From Williopsis jadinii (taxonomy: Eukaryota): a stretch of 64,000 bases of DNA. The notes below the pieces were generated by a model, which worked only from the letters and a program-made list of their open reading frames with translations, did no database searches and was not told the origin of the DNA. The stretch lies in NCBI GenBank assembly GCA_024346625.1, contig AP024665.1, positions 2,294,001 to 2,358,000 on the forward strand, read 5' to 3'. Positions 45,825-54,952 of this stretch are shown in pieces. Both the position numbers and the translations under genes were made by a program. How positions within the stretch are numbered: the first letter of the stretch is position 1; each line of letters starts with the position of its first letter.

Positions 45825-46487
45825 CTATTTATGCGTGCTCTCAGGTAAAAACACATCGTTACCTTGTTCCACTGCTCTCCGTGTATGGTAGACGATGTCA
45901 TTCGACTCCCATGGATAAGCAATCCAAACATCACCAACCTGTCTTGCAGCGATATAGTTATCCTCGTTGTAAACATCTGGTGGCAGCTCAGCCTTCTTTG
46001 GCTTGTTCTTATTGTGGAGGACAAAGATACCGAACTTGGTTCCAGAATCTTCAACTTTGATGCCCCTTTCTTCACATTGCTTCGCCAAATCCTTCTTCAA
46101 CTCTGACACGGCGTAGTGCAATGTGGTTCTTGTATCATCCACCTCGTCAACGATCAGGATCTTCTTGCCAATCAAGGTGAAGTCAGTCGACGTGTAATCC
46201 AACCATTGGGTGCGTACAACCTGTTTCCCCATGCTCTCCTGTTGAGTCGAGACACTGTCAACGTCTTCATATAGAGACAGCACAACGCTCATGATACGAA
46301 CGTTTGGCTTACCAGGCTCCTTGAGGAAAGTACGCACAAATCTCGTTGGCACCAAACCTCCACCAGCAAGGCACACCAGGAGATCCGGGTTGAACTGTTT
46401 CAGCTTACCTTGCGACTCCTGGATGAGCTGGTGGATATGGTTGTACGAGATGTACATCTTGGACGCCTCGATGTCTTCAGAGTCCAT
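45825..46487 (-). CDS. HPT1: Hypoxanthine/guanine (or xanthine) phosphoribosyltransferase, yeast Hpt1/Xpt1 type
   Basis: YISYNHIHQL, VRTQWLDY, PRPP motif ILIVDEVDDTRTTL, YPWESNDIVYH. Confidence 0.85.
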   Translation of the reverse strand: MDSEDIEASKMYISYNHIHQLIQESQGKLKQFNPDLLVCLAGGGLVPTRFVRTFLKEPGKPNVRIMSVVLSLYEDVDSVSTQQESMGKQVVRTQWLDYTSTDFTLIGKKILIVDEVDDTRTTLHYAVSELKKDLAKQCEERGIKVEDSGTKFGIFVLHNKNKPKKAELPPDVYNEDNYIAARQVGDVWIAYPWESNDIVYHTRRAVEQGNDVFLPESTHK

Positions 46488-46938
46488 TGTTGTAGAGTCT
46501 CAATTATGTACGAAAATGAAGGAGATCCTGGTTAGGAGAGACTAGGCTAATCCGATGGGGTCTGGGATAACCCATTCTTCAAAAAGGAGTCAAAGAAGTA
46601 GACAAAGCAAAGTTTTTTAGGAAAAAAGTTTAAAATTTATACTCTAACGACAAACAAGAAAAAATGTCCAGGATGTCCAAGCCGATGAGGTGTTCAGCTG
46701 TGCAGCGTGAAGAAACCCCTTCCCGTACCAAAACGCTACGCTGACTGCAGCGAGGGAAGAGAAACAATGACAGGACAGGAGAAGCAAAAAAATGACGTTG
46801 TCCCACCGCCGGTTGGGACAATCACGCCGCCGGCTTAATCTGTTCATTAAAATGTGCCATTTTTCTGCTCTTTAGAGACAGCAAAAAGATAGTGAGTTTA
46901 TTAGAGGAGCATCAACGCACTCCTCGTGTGTGTCTTAA

Positions 46939-47182
46939 TGAGATATGACAAGACACTTGACGTTGTGCTCTTCGGGGTTCAGCTTATAATCTTCCAGATA
47001 TATTGACGTCATAATATATATTTTCCTAACAGTGGGATGTTTTTCTGTTCCTTTCGCACGGTGTGGCCAGTAGAATAGTTGATATGATAATGACAATAAG
47101 AACAATCTTAATAACAATATAATTCAGAAATATAAGAGAAAGTTAAGTTCGGACTCGTGCTTCATGTTGTTATCATATCTCT
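46939..47182. mobile_element. Possible degenerate solo LTR or MITE-like relic (about 244 bp, AT-rich, imperfect terminal inverted repeats)
   Basis: Left GAGATATGACAA versus right TTATCATATCTC (11/12 inverted match); starts with TG; no target-site duplication seen. Confidence 0.25.
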
Positions 47183-47639
47183 AAAGGGGTGTGATCACTG
47201 GAAAGTGTTACAGTAAATCACAGTTGATATAATTCAGTGATGAACCCGGAAATCGAGTCCGAAGGTCGAATATCATAAGCAGAGTGGTAAAGACACACGC
47301 CTTCCCGCTGCATGAACAACGCGTGGTGAGCGGATGGTCTACACTGGGCTCATGATGGGGAGAACGTCTCGTCCCTTCCGGACAGGATGGCGGACAGTAC
47401 AAGCGAGATAAGGAGCTTATCAAATGTCCGATGTATGCTTCGTAAAGAGTTCCCTGTTTAAAGGGCTTGAATTGTCCATTTCGGACATTCTTCCTGCGGC
47501 ACATCAGTTTTGCTGTCATTTTGCTGTGCTTTTCCTGTCCCTTCGGAGTTTGTCCCTTGGTTTTTTCTCGAAATCAAGCTCGACAAAAACCAACGATAGG
47601 ACAATCCTGATAACTCTATTTATCCTTGCTTTCTCGCCA

Positions 47640-49124
47640 ATGAACTTATCACTTGCATTGAGACAAAGACAGAGACAAATGGCATACGCACAAGAATTCT
47701 TGGACTTTTTAAACTCATCACCAACGCCTTATCATGCAGTCTCCTCTCTGAAAACGAGACTCAGTGACGCGGGCTTCAGAGAGCTCTCGGAGAGAACCTC
47801 GTGGAACGGGTTAGTTGAGCGTGGGAACAAGTACTTCGTCACGAGAAACGGCTCCTCCATCATTGCCTTTGCCGTTGGTGGTAAGTGGGCGCCAGGGAAC
47901 CCGGTTTCCATTGTCGGTGCGCACACAGACTCGCCGTGCTTGAAGATTAAGCCTGTGTCAAAGAGATCAAATGAGGGCTTCATCCAGGTTGGCGTGGAAC
48001 TGTACGGTGGTGGTATCTGGCACTCGTGGTTCGACTCAGACTTGTCGCTTGGAGGCCGTGTCATGGTGGCTCAAGGTGGGCAGTTCGTTCCGAAGTTGAT
48101 AAACATTCGTAAACCCTTGCTGAAGATCCCAACGCTGGCCATCCATTTGGACAGAGACGTGAATACGAAATTTGAATTCAACAAGGAGACGCAGCTCTTA
48201 CCAATTGCCGGGTTAGAGAACGCAGCTTCTGTGACATCTGGTGGATGCTGTGGCGGTGACGGAGAACCAAAGATCTCACAGGAGGAGTTCAAGTCTTTGA
48301 AGTCGATCATTGAAAGACACAACGAGCAGTTGGTCCAATTGATTGCGAAGGAAGCTGGAGTGGACGTGTCACAGGTTGAAGACTTTGAGCTTCTTCTCTA
48401 TGACCACAAGGAATCGTGTCTTGGTGGATTGAACGATGAATTCATTTTCAGTGCCAGATTGGACAATCTGACATCTTGTTTCACCGGTACAGAGGGGTTG
48501 ATCGAGTCCTCTGAAGATCTAAGCCAGGAATCAGGCATTCGTCTTATTTCGTGCTTTGACCACGAGGAGATTGGCTCATCGTCAGCTCAAGGTGCGGACT
48601 CAAACTTCCTTCCAAACATCTTGGATAGAATCACCGGTTTGAGTGGCATTCCTGAGAAGGATACAAATGCAGCAATACATACAAAGATCCTGGAATCATC
48701 TGCCAAATCGTTCTTCCTATCATCCGATGTGGCCCACGGTGTTCACCCAAACTATGCCTCAAAATATGAATCAAACCATAAACCAAAATTAGGCGAAGGA
48801 CCAGTTCTAAAGATCAATGCAAACCAACGTTATATGACTAACTCTCCGGGAGTTGTCCTGTTGAAGGAATGTGCTAAAAGGGCCAAAGTTCCATTACAAC
48901 TATTTGTTGTTCAAAATGCTTCCCCATGTGGTTCCACTATCGGTCCAATCTTAGCTTCTAAAACGGGTATTAGAACTTTGGACATTGGTAATCCAATCTT
49001 GAGTATGCATTCTATCAGAGAAACTGGAAGTTCGTCCGATATTGAAAAGGCTGTTAAGCTCTTCAAGAGTTTCTACGACAACTTTTCAACTATCGAGCCA
49101 ACCATCTTAGTCGATGGCATTTGA
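47640..49124 (+). CDS. APE4: Aspartyl aminopeptidase (peptidase M18); alternative ATG at 47679
   Basis: FLNSSPTPYHAV, GAHTDSP, WFDSDLS, IPTLAIHL, FDHEEIGS, DVAHGVHPNY, PCGSTIGP, LSMHSIRE. Confidence 0.93.
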   Translation: MNLSLALRQRQRQMAYAQEFLDFLNSSPTPYHAVSSLKTRLSDAGFRELSERTSWNGLVERGNKYFVTRNGSSIIAFAVGGKWAPGNPVSIVGAHTDSPCLKIKPVSKRSNEGFIQVGVELYGGGIWHSWFDSDLSLGGRVMVAQGGQFVPKLINIRKPLLKIPTLAIHLDRDVNTKFEFNKETQLLPIAGLENAASVTSGGCCGGDGEPKISQEEFKSLKSIIERHNEQLVQLIAKEAGVDVSQVEDFELLLYDHKESCLGGLNDEFIFSARLDNLTSCFTGTEGLIESSEDLSQESGIRLISCFDHEEIGSSSAQGADSNFLPNILDRITGLSGIPEKDTNAAIHTKILESSAKSFFLSSDVAHGVHPNYASKYESNHKPKLGEGPVLKINANQRYMTNSPGVVLLKECAKRAKVPLQLFVVQNASPCGSTIGPILASKTGIRTLDIGNPILSMHSIRETGSSSDIEKAVKLFKSFYDNFSTIEPTILVDGI

Positions 49125-49139
49125 AACAGTGATTATATA

Positions 49140-51143
49140 CTAAAGATTCTTCTTACGTTTGTCCTGTTTGGCCTTGAGCTTTGCAATCCTCTTCTTCAAC
49201 TCTTCCTGTTCATCATCAACTGCTTCTTCCTCGGCCTGTAGTTTATTACCATGCACTTCCTCATCGCTATATCCACCTTCATCATCCATCTCATCGTCTT
49301 CTAAATCCTTTTCAACGAGGACCGTGTCGTCCTCTGATTCATCATCACTTGGTCCGTCAATGCTCATGTAACCATCTTCCAATTCACCTTCTTCTTCAAT
49401 GTAATCATGCTCACCATCGTCTATTAGACCATGGTCATCCAATTCCTCGACGTATTCAACGTCACTATCGTCATACTCCTCATTGTACTGCTCCCCTGCA
49501 ACATTCTTGTTATATCTTTGCAACTCTTCTTGTGCATACAGAACATCTAATTTACCTTGTAATTCCAACAGTCTAGGCAAGGTGTTTGCCCTTCTGTTCA
49601 GAGTAGAGTGCAGAGATGATAACGAGCTTGATAAGTTTGGAATGTTTATCAAAGAGCCACCATGGATGACCATGATCCATTTCACCCAAACATTCAATTG
49701 ACCTTGACGATTTGTTTGACGTGCAATACGTTCTGCTAGTCTATCCAGAAGTACAACTGCCAACGATGTATCCAATCTCTCAATGGTGTTTTTCAACACG
49801 GTTTCGTCTCTATTACTCAATACAGTCTCCAACAGCGTATGATCATTTGACCTTAAAGCCTGGGTCAGAACAACTGCGAGAGAGCCAGCTGTTATACGTG
49901 TGTGCTTCTTCTTGGGTGCTGTCTCCAATGTTTGGGTCATTTCTAACTTTTCAGCCAGAGAAGGCCCGTCATCCTCTCTATACTCCAATTCTTCAACTTC
50001 CTTGTTATCCAAGAACCTCAAGTTATCACCTGAGGTGACTGTAGCGTTCGCCTCGTTATAATGCTTTGCAGCTGCAACGTCTCTACCGAAAAGTGAGTGG
50101 TCCTTTGCTAGAATCTTTGGTTTATCCTTCGTCAAGGTGTAGACATTGTCGTTGCTGTTGTCGATATCAAAGCTGTCGATGGTATCCAGTTGAATTCTTT
50201 CAAAGTATGGAATCAGGTTATCCTCCAACCAGGTGATTATCAAGGTGTTGCTGTTCTGTTCCAAAGCAGAGCTTTCGATAGTCAATTGTGATCCATTTGG
50301 ACGTTGTAGTTTCACAGAACGGTTTGACTGTTTGGAAGGAGCTCCACCTCTTTTCTTCTTAGTAGAGTGGGTTCTCGTGAGCACGTTGTGGAACACTTCG
50401 ACTATGCCGTCTTCAGTGACTGCACTCAATGTTTCATCTGCGTATGATATGGAGATAACGTTACTCTGGGTGACGAGGACAATAGGTGCCAATTCAGTGG
50501 AGTATACGTTGATGAAACGGTCACCCTGGGCAGCAGTGATAAACGTTGAGTTATCAATTGGCAAGACCGTGTGAATTGAAGAGATATGGCCCGGGAATGT
50601 CTTCACAACGTCATGAGTCTCGATATCCACTAGATGAATCGTATGTGATGCTAACAACAGATGTGGTTTCCCCTGATGAATCAACGTTGAGACCTTGTTA
50701 ATTGACTCATGGAATTTGAACTTGTTGTGTGGGCTACTCTCACCAGTCAGCAAGTCCCATTCTATAACGTTTTGTCCAGCATCAACGGACCAGCCTGTTC
50801 CAGTGATTGTAGAAATATGAAAGTCTCTGATGGACGATGAGTATGGATTCACCAACGTGGTTATCACTTCATTCTGCAAAGGTGAATATAGCAGGATAGA
50901 GCCTTTGTTCTCACCAATTGCCACCACCAAATTCTCGATATCTTGCTTCCCAGCTGACAGGGACCCCCATTCAATACAAGTGGCCTTGTGCGACTTGTCC
51001 AGAGTGAAGGCCTGGGCCAATAACGACGCAGACGACGTTGAATTGGTGGACTGGACACGAATCTTGTGCGTGTCCAGCGCAGTTATCGTGGACACGTAGT
51101 ACTGTCCATTACCGTTGAAAGCGTTCAAACCAACCAGCGACAT
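49140..51143 (-). CDS. UTP5: U3 snoRNP / t-UTP subunit
   Basis: WD-like N-terminus; Utp12/Dip2-type domain GSLAVVLTQALRSNDHTLLETVL, WVKWIMVIHG; acidic tail; adjacent to NCB2. Confidence 0.9.
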   Translation of the reverse strand: MSLVGLNAFNGNGQYYVSTITALDTHKIRVQSTNSTSSASLLAQAFTLDKSHKATCIEWGSLSAGKQDIENLVVAIGENKGSILLYSPLQNEVITTLVNPYSSSIRDFHISTITGTGWSVDAGQNVIEWDLLTGESSPHNKFKFHESINKVSTLIHQGKPHLLLASHTIHLVDIETHDVVKTFPGHISSIHTVLPIDNSTFITAAQGDRFINVYSTELAPIVLVTQSNVISISYADETLSAVTEDGIVEVFHNVLTRTHSTKKKRGGAPSKQSNRSVKLQRPNGSQLTIESSALEQNSNTLIITWLEDNLIPYFERIQLDTIDSFDIDNSNDNVYTLTKDKPKILAKDHSLFGRDVAAAKHYNEANATVTSGDNLRFLDNKEVEELEYREDDGPSLAEKLEMTQTLETAPKKKHTRITAGSLAVVLTQALRSNDHTLLETVLSNRDETVLKNTIERLDTSLAVVLLDRLAERIARQTNRQGQLNVWVKWIMVIHGGSLINIPNLSSSLSSLHSTLNRRANTLPRLLELQGKLDVLYAQEELQRYNKNVAGEQYNEEYDDSDVEYVEELDDHGLIDDGEHDYIEEEGELEDGYMSIDGPSDDESEDDTVLVEKDLEDDEMDDEGGYSDEEVHGNKLQAEEEAVDDEQEELKKRIAKLKAKQDKRKKNL

Positions 51144-51230
51144 ATTCACCGAGCAGTTCACTCCAATCTTAGCACTTTGGTTGAATCGCCATGAACTGGT
51201 TTCCGTTAAAACAGAAGCGGGCCTTGGACT

Positions 51231-51250
51231 AAAAATTTTCAAGCTCATCG
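51231..51250 (-). promoter_or_regulatory. RRPE (TGAAAATTTTT) and PAC core (CGATGAG) upstream of UTP5
   Basis: Adjacent motifs about 90-105 bp upstream of the ATG. Confidence 0.75.
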
Positions 51251-51514
51251 GATGTGTCCCGTACCGGCTGTTGCGCGTACCAGGGATTTGTGTCCCCTCG
51301 GTTACCACGAACTATAAATGCTTAGGTAATCATTCTCCAATGGGGATTACCCTACCTCCTGGAACACAGATGGCTCTGCTTCTGTGGTTTCAAGTGTTTT
51401 GATGTTTTTTTTTTGCTGTTGTTGTTGTCTCCTACAACTTTGCAGCGGCTCCTTCGATGTAAACAAAGCACTTCACCGTCAACTGAAACCAATAAGAAAC
51501 ACCTAATTGATAAC

Positions 51515-52018
51515 ATGTCAGAATTCGCTAGTGGCAACGAGGAGCTAACGCTACCCAAAGGTGAGTTTGGGGTTTATTTGCTTGTTCTTTCCTCTTCAGA
51601 TGTGATTCTAACGTCTTACTAAGCAACTGTTCAGAAGATCATATCCGAAGTGCTTCCCTCAGAGTTGACGTTCTCGAAGGAGGCCCGTGACGTTGTGATT
51701 GAGTGCTGTATTGAGTTCATCATGATTCTTTCTGACCAGAGTAATGAGATTGCTGAGAAGGATGCGAAGAAGACGATAGCGTCGGATCATGTTATTGGTG
51801 CGCTTCGAGAGCTTGGGTTCCCAGAATACATTGAGCCTATTGAGAAGGTGCTTGTTGAGCACAAAGAAGCGCAGAAGGGCCGCGAGAGAAAGAGTAACAA
51901 GTTCCAGAACTCTGGGTTCACAGAAGAGGAGCTTTTAAGGCAGCAGGAGGAGCTCTTTAGACAGTCGAGATCGAGGTTACAGAATCAGAAAGGTGATGGT
52001 GTTAAAGGCGAAGAGTGA
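51515..52018 (+). CDS. NCB2: Negative cofactor 2 beta subunit; exons 51515-51560 and 51624-52018
   Basis: GTGAGT..TTCTAAC..AAG intron restores LTLPKATVQKIISE; histone fold; ELLRQQEELF. Confidence 0.93.
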
Positions 52019-52125
52019 AGGTGTTTCCGTATGGAATCAGAAGGGGGGAACGTTCATTCTGGATTGTATATAGTGAGGTTTGCTTACTGAAATCCTGCTC
52101 TATCACGTTGTCTCTTTTTAACGCT

Positions 52126-52986
52126 TCAGTAATGTGCCATTTCCACATTGATGATCAGTTCCTTGTCACATTGAACCACGATTCCATCGGTCCCCACCAG
52201 TCTATTACTCGTGCTCACGGACCCGGTTAGCGAAGAGTCCCAGTCGATAACGTCCCACTTCAGTCCCTTTGTTGTTAACCTGGTGTCTCCTGCTAATGGT
52301 AACAATCCACAGTTGTAAGATTGGAACGTAGTCTTGGTGTAATCGACGTAGTTCAACCCCTTGGGGATCGCAAAGATGAGGTTTGTTCTTGTTAAGAAGA
52401 AGATGGGTGAATCTGGGCTCAGCTGGATACGTTTCAACATCACACTGATGGACTGTATCGTATGGTCAAACCTTCCATCAATGGCACCAACCATCAACAT
52501 CTGCGTACGAGAGGTCTTGTTCAACGAGGAGTGTAATGTCAAGAGTGAATCATAAGTGTCCAAGCTGCTAACATCGAACCTCTCTTGTGCATCAGCGTAG
52601 TGATAGTGCACTTCGACGAGATCAATGGCCTTCTGCATATCTGTAGCGTATTGCGTAGATTGCTTGATCACCTCAACACCTTTAGATTCATACCATTGCT
52701 TCACGTCTGGCTTCAAAGAGTCCAAGTCTCCAACGATGTAGTCAGGCACCAACGTTGGACTGATGTCATACAGCCTATTGGCACCTCCATCAGCGCATAT
52801 CTTCAAGCCATAGGCGTTCCACAAGGATATGAACACATCCCGTGGTATGGTGATCTCCTGGTTCAAGACTATCAGAGCACTATCAGCACCGATATTCGGA
52901 CTGAATGCCCTGTGTAAGTGAGTCACGTGGCATTGGTCTGGTCTCGGTACGTCAATTGATTCCTCGTTCTCTATCACTTCGCCCAT
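52126..52986 (-). CDS. THI80: Thiamine pyrophosphokinase
   Basis: ICADGGANRL, PDYIVGDLDS, QYATDMQKA, GAIDGRFDHT, TKGLKWDV, VSTSN; start set at MGEVIENEE. Confidence 0.92.
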   Translation of the reverse strand: MGEVIENEESIDVPRPDQCHVTHLHRAFSPNIGADSALIVLNQEITIPRDVFISLWNAYGLKICADGGANRLYDISPTLVPDYIVGDLDSLKPDVKQWYESKGVEVIKQSTQYATDMQKAIDLVEVHYHYADAQERFDVSSLDTYDSLLTLHSSLNKTSRTQMLMVGAIDGRFDHTIQSISVMLKRIQLSPDSPIFFLTRTNLIFAIPKGLNYVDYTKTTFQSYNCGLLPLAGDTRLTTKGLKWDVIDWDSSLTGSVSTSNRLVGTDGIVVQCDKELIINVEMAHY

Positions 52987-53122
52987 TGTGTGTTCCTTGC
53001 CGTAAATTTTGGAAGAGTGCTTGTAGCAGGTGATTGCGCTGAAAACCCGGGAAATTCCGCATAAAACCATCAACATCAACAACAACATCAACATCAACAG
53101 CGCCAGGGGGAGGAAGACAGCG

Positions 53123-54112
53123 ATGAATGGAAATAACCCTGATAAGTACAAATACCGCATTGAGATCCAGCAGATGATGTTCGTCTCTGGTGAGACGCTT
53201 GATCCTCCAGTGCAAACAACGTCCCTGATTGAGGACATTGTCCGTTCGCAGGTTGTTGAGATCATCGTCCAGGCCACGAGGACTGCCAACGCCAGAGGTT
53301 CCAAGTCCATCAGTGCGGAGGACGTGATCTTTCTGATTCGAAACGACGGTGCCAAGGTGAACAGGCTGAGAACGTACCTCTCTTGGAAAGACGTGAGAAA
53401 GAATGCTAAGGACCAGGAGAGTGGTGGTGTTGAAGGTGCTGACCTTATAGACGAGAGCTCATTAGCGACCACTGGGGCCAACGGAGGTGCTGGTGGTAAG
53501 AACTCTGCAGACATGATGAAGATGAAGAAGTCCAAGATCAGGCTACCTTGGGAATTGCAATTTATGTTCTCAGAGCAGCCTCTAGAGGACGAAAATGATG
53601 AGTTGAACGACGAAGAACGTGAGGCCACTTTGGCGTCCTTGAAGAGGTTGAAAATGGCTGATGATAGAACCAAGGGTATGACGAAGGATGAGTATGTGCA
53701 CTGGTCTGAGTGTAGACAGGCCTCGTTCACTTTCAGAAAGGCGAAACGGTTTAGAGAATGGGCAGGATTTGCACATTTGGCAGACGGTAAGCCGAACGAC
53801 GATGTTGTTGATATCCTGGGATTCTTGACGTTTGAAATAGTGTGTTCCTTGACTGAAGAGGCCCTCATAGTTAAGCAGGAGCAGCAGATGATTGCAAAGA
53901 CCTCCACCACGATAAACACGACGAGTTTAGCCACACCGTCAAACGATAAGAAGAGAAAGCACCTGTTTGATGGTCCAGATGAGGCCATCCACCCATTATC
54001 CCCAGACCATATAATGGAAGCCTGGAGAAGATTACAGAGGATATCACCCAGTCACAAGTCCTTGAGGAACTACGGAGGTGGCAGACTGCTAAGCAGGACC
54101 AATGTTATATAG
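53123..54112 (+). CDS. SPT3: SAGA complex subunit Spt3
   Basis: KYRIEIQQMMFVSGE, RLRTYLSWKDVRKNAK, EYVHWSECRQASFTFRKAKRFREW. Confidence 0.96.
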   Translation: MNGNNPDKYKYRIEIQQMMFVSGETLDPPVQTTSLIEDIVRSQVVEIIVQATRTANARGSKSISAEDVIFLIRNDGAKVNRLRTYLSWKDVRKNAKDQESGGVEGADLIDESSLATTGANGGAGGKNSADMMKMKKSKIRLPWELQFMFSEQPLEDENDELNDEEREATLASLKRLKMADDRTKGMTKDEYVHWSECRQASFTFRKAKRFREWAGFAHLADGKPNDDVVDILGFLTFEIVCSLTEEALIVKQEQQMIAKTSTTINTTSLATPSNDKKRKHLFDGPDEAIHPLSPDHIMEAWRRLQRISPSHKSLRNYGGGRLLSRTNVI

Positions 54113-54134
54113 ACACACACCTTGTTCCATTGCT

Positions 54135-54821
54135 TTATCGTTCTCTGTATGAATTATCAACTCTTTTCGGACTATGCTCCCTTTCCCTGTTATTCTCCTT
54201 ATACACTTGGCCAGTTTGTCTATTTACAAGCTTTATAGGTAAATAAGTCTTGTCATTGAAGTCAGCAACATCATCTTCGCCTCCAAGGTCCTTAGCACCA
54301 AGCCCTAAGTATAGCGTTCTCCTCTTTGACGTTGTCTTCTTATCACCATCATCACTTCCTTTCCACCCCATTCCTCGGAGCATGGCAGCACCAAACTCTT
54401 CCACGGGTATTTCCTCGTACTCCTCTAGCGTTGTAGCCTCGCCAGTGATATTCTCAACCTCTTTCTTCATAGCAGGCTGAGATTCCCTATGCTGTGCACC
54501 ATCATTCATGTTGATGCCGTACACCAGCTTCTTCTCCTCCGGCAACTTATTCTTCAACTGTTCGAGCTTCTTGATGTACGTGTTACCACAGCTAGGTATC
54601 ACGAGCTCTTTACTAACCTCCACAGGCGGTCCCTCGGATTCTGTGTAGGCTTGACCTTCAGTATCAACAACATCAATCGCTATGGCCTTGTCGGTGTCTT
54701 CCTCGTCCTTTGAGCCAAACGCATTGGCCTTGGCTTGAGGCTTGTTGTGCTTCTTCAGAGAGAATCCAAGCTGCTTAGGCTGGCTCTTTGTATCCTTCTT
54801 CAGCGAGAATCCCTTCATCAT
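54135..54821 (-). CDS. SPP2: G-patch splicing factor Spp2
   Basis: EEYEEIPVEEFGAAMLRGMGW...LGLGAK G-patch. Confidence 0.85.
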   Translation of the reverse strand: MMKGFSLKKDTKSQPKQLGFSLKKHNKPQAKANAFGSKDEEDTDKAIAIDVVDTEGQAYTESEGPPVEVSKELVIPSCGNTYIKKLEQLKNKLPEEKKLVYGINMNDGAQHRESQPAMKKEVENITGEATTLEEYEEIPVEEFGAAMLRGMGWKGSDDGDKKTTSKRRTLYLGLGAKDLGGEDDVADFNDKTYLPIKLVNRQTGQVYKENNREREHSPKRVDNSYRER

Positions 54822-54952
54822 CGGTGTGCTGAGCTAGTGCTCTACCGAGCCAAAGGGGAAAGCAGTGCGAGAACAAAACTTTTCCCCGCGGTGTAAACAA
54901 ACATCAACACCTTCAGGAAGAAACACCAATTCCAGACAGGGAAGTCTCAGAA

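Noticed and set aside
52987..53988. 334-aa N-terminal extension of THI80 in the 620-aa ORF, overlapping SPT3 antisense
   Set aside because: Mostly the reverse complement of SPT3 coding sequence; thiamine pyrophosphokinase similarity starts at ATG 52986
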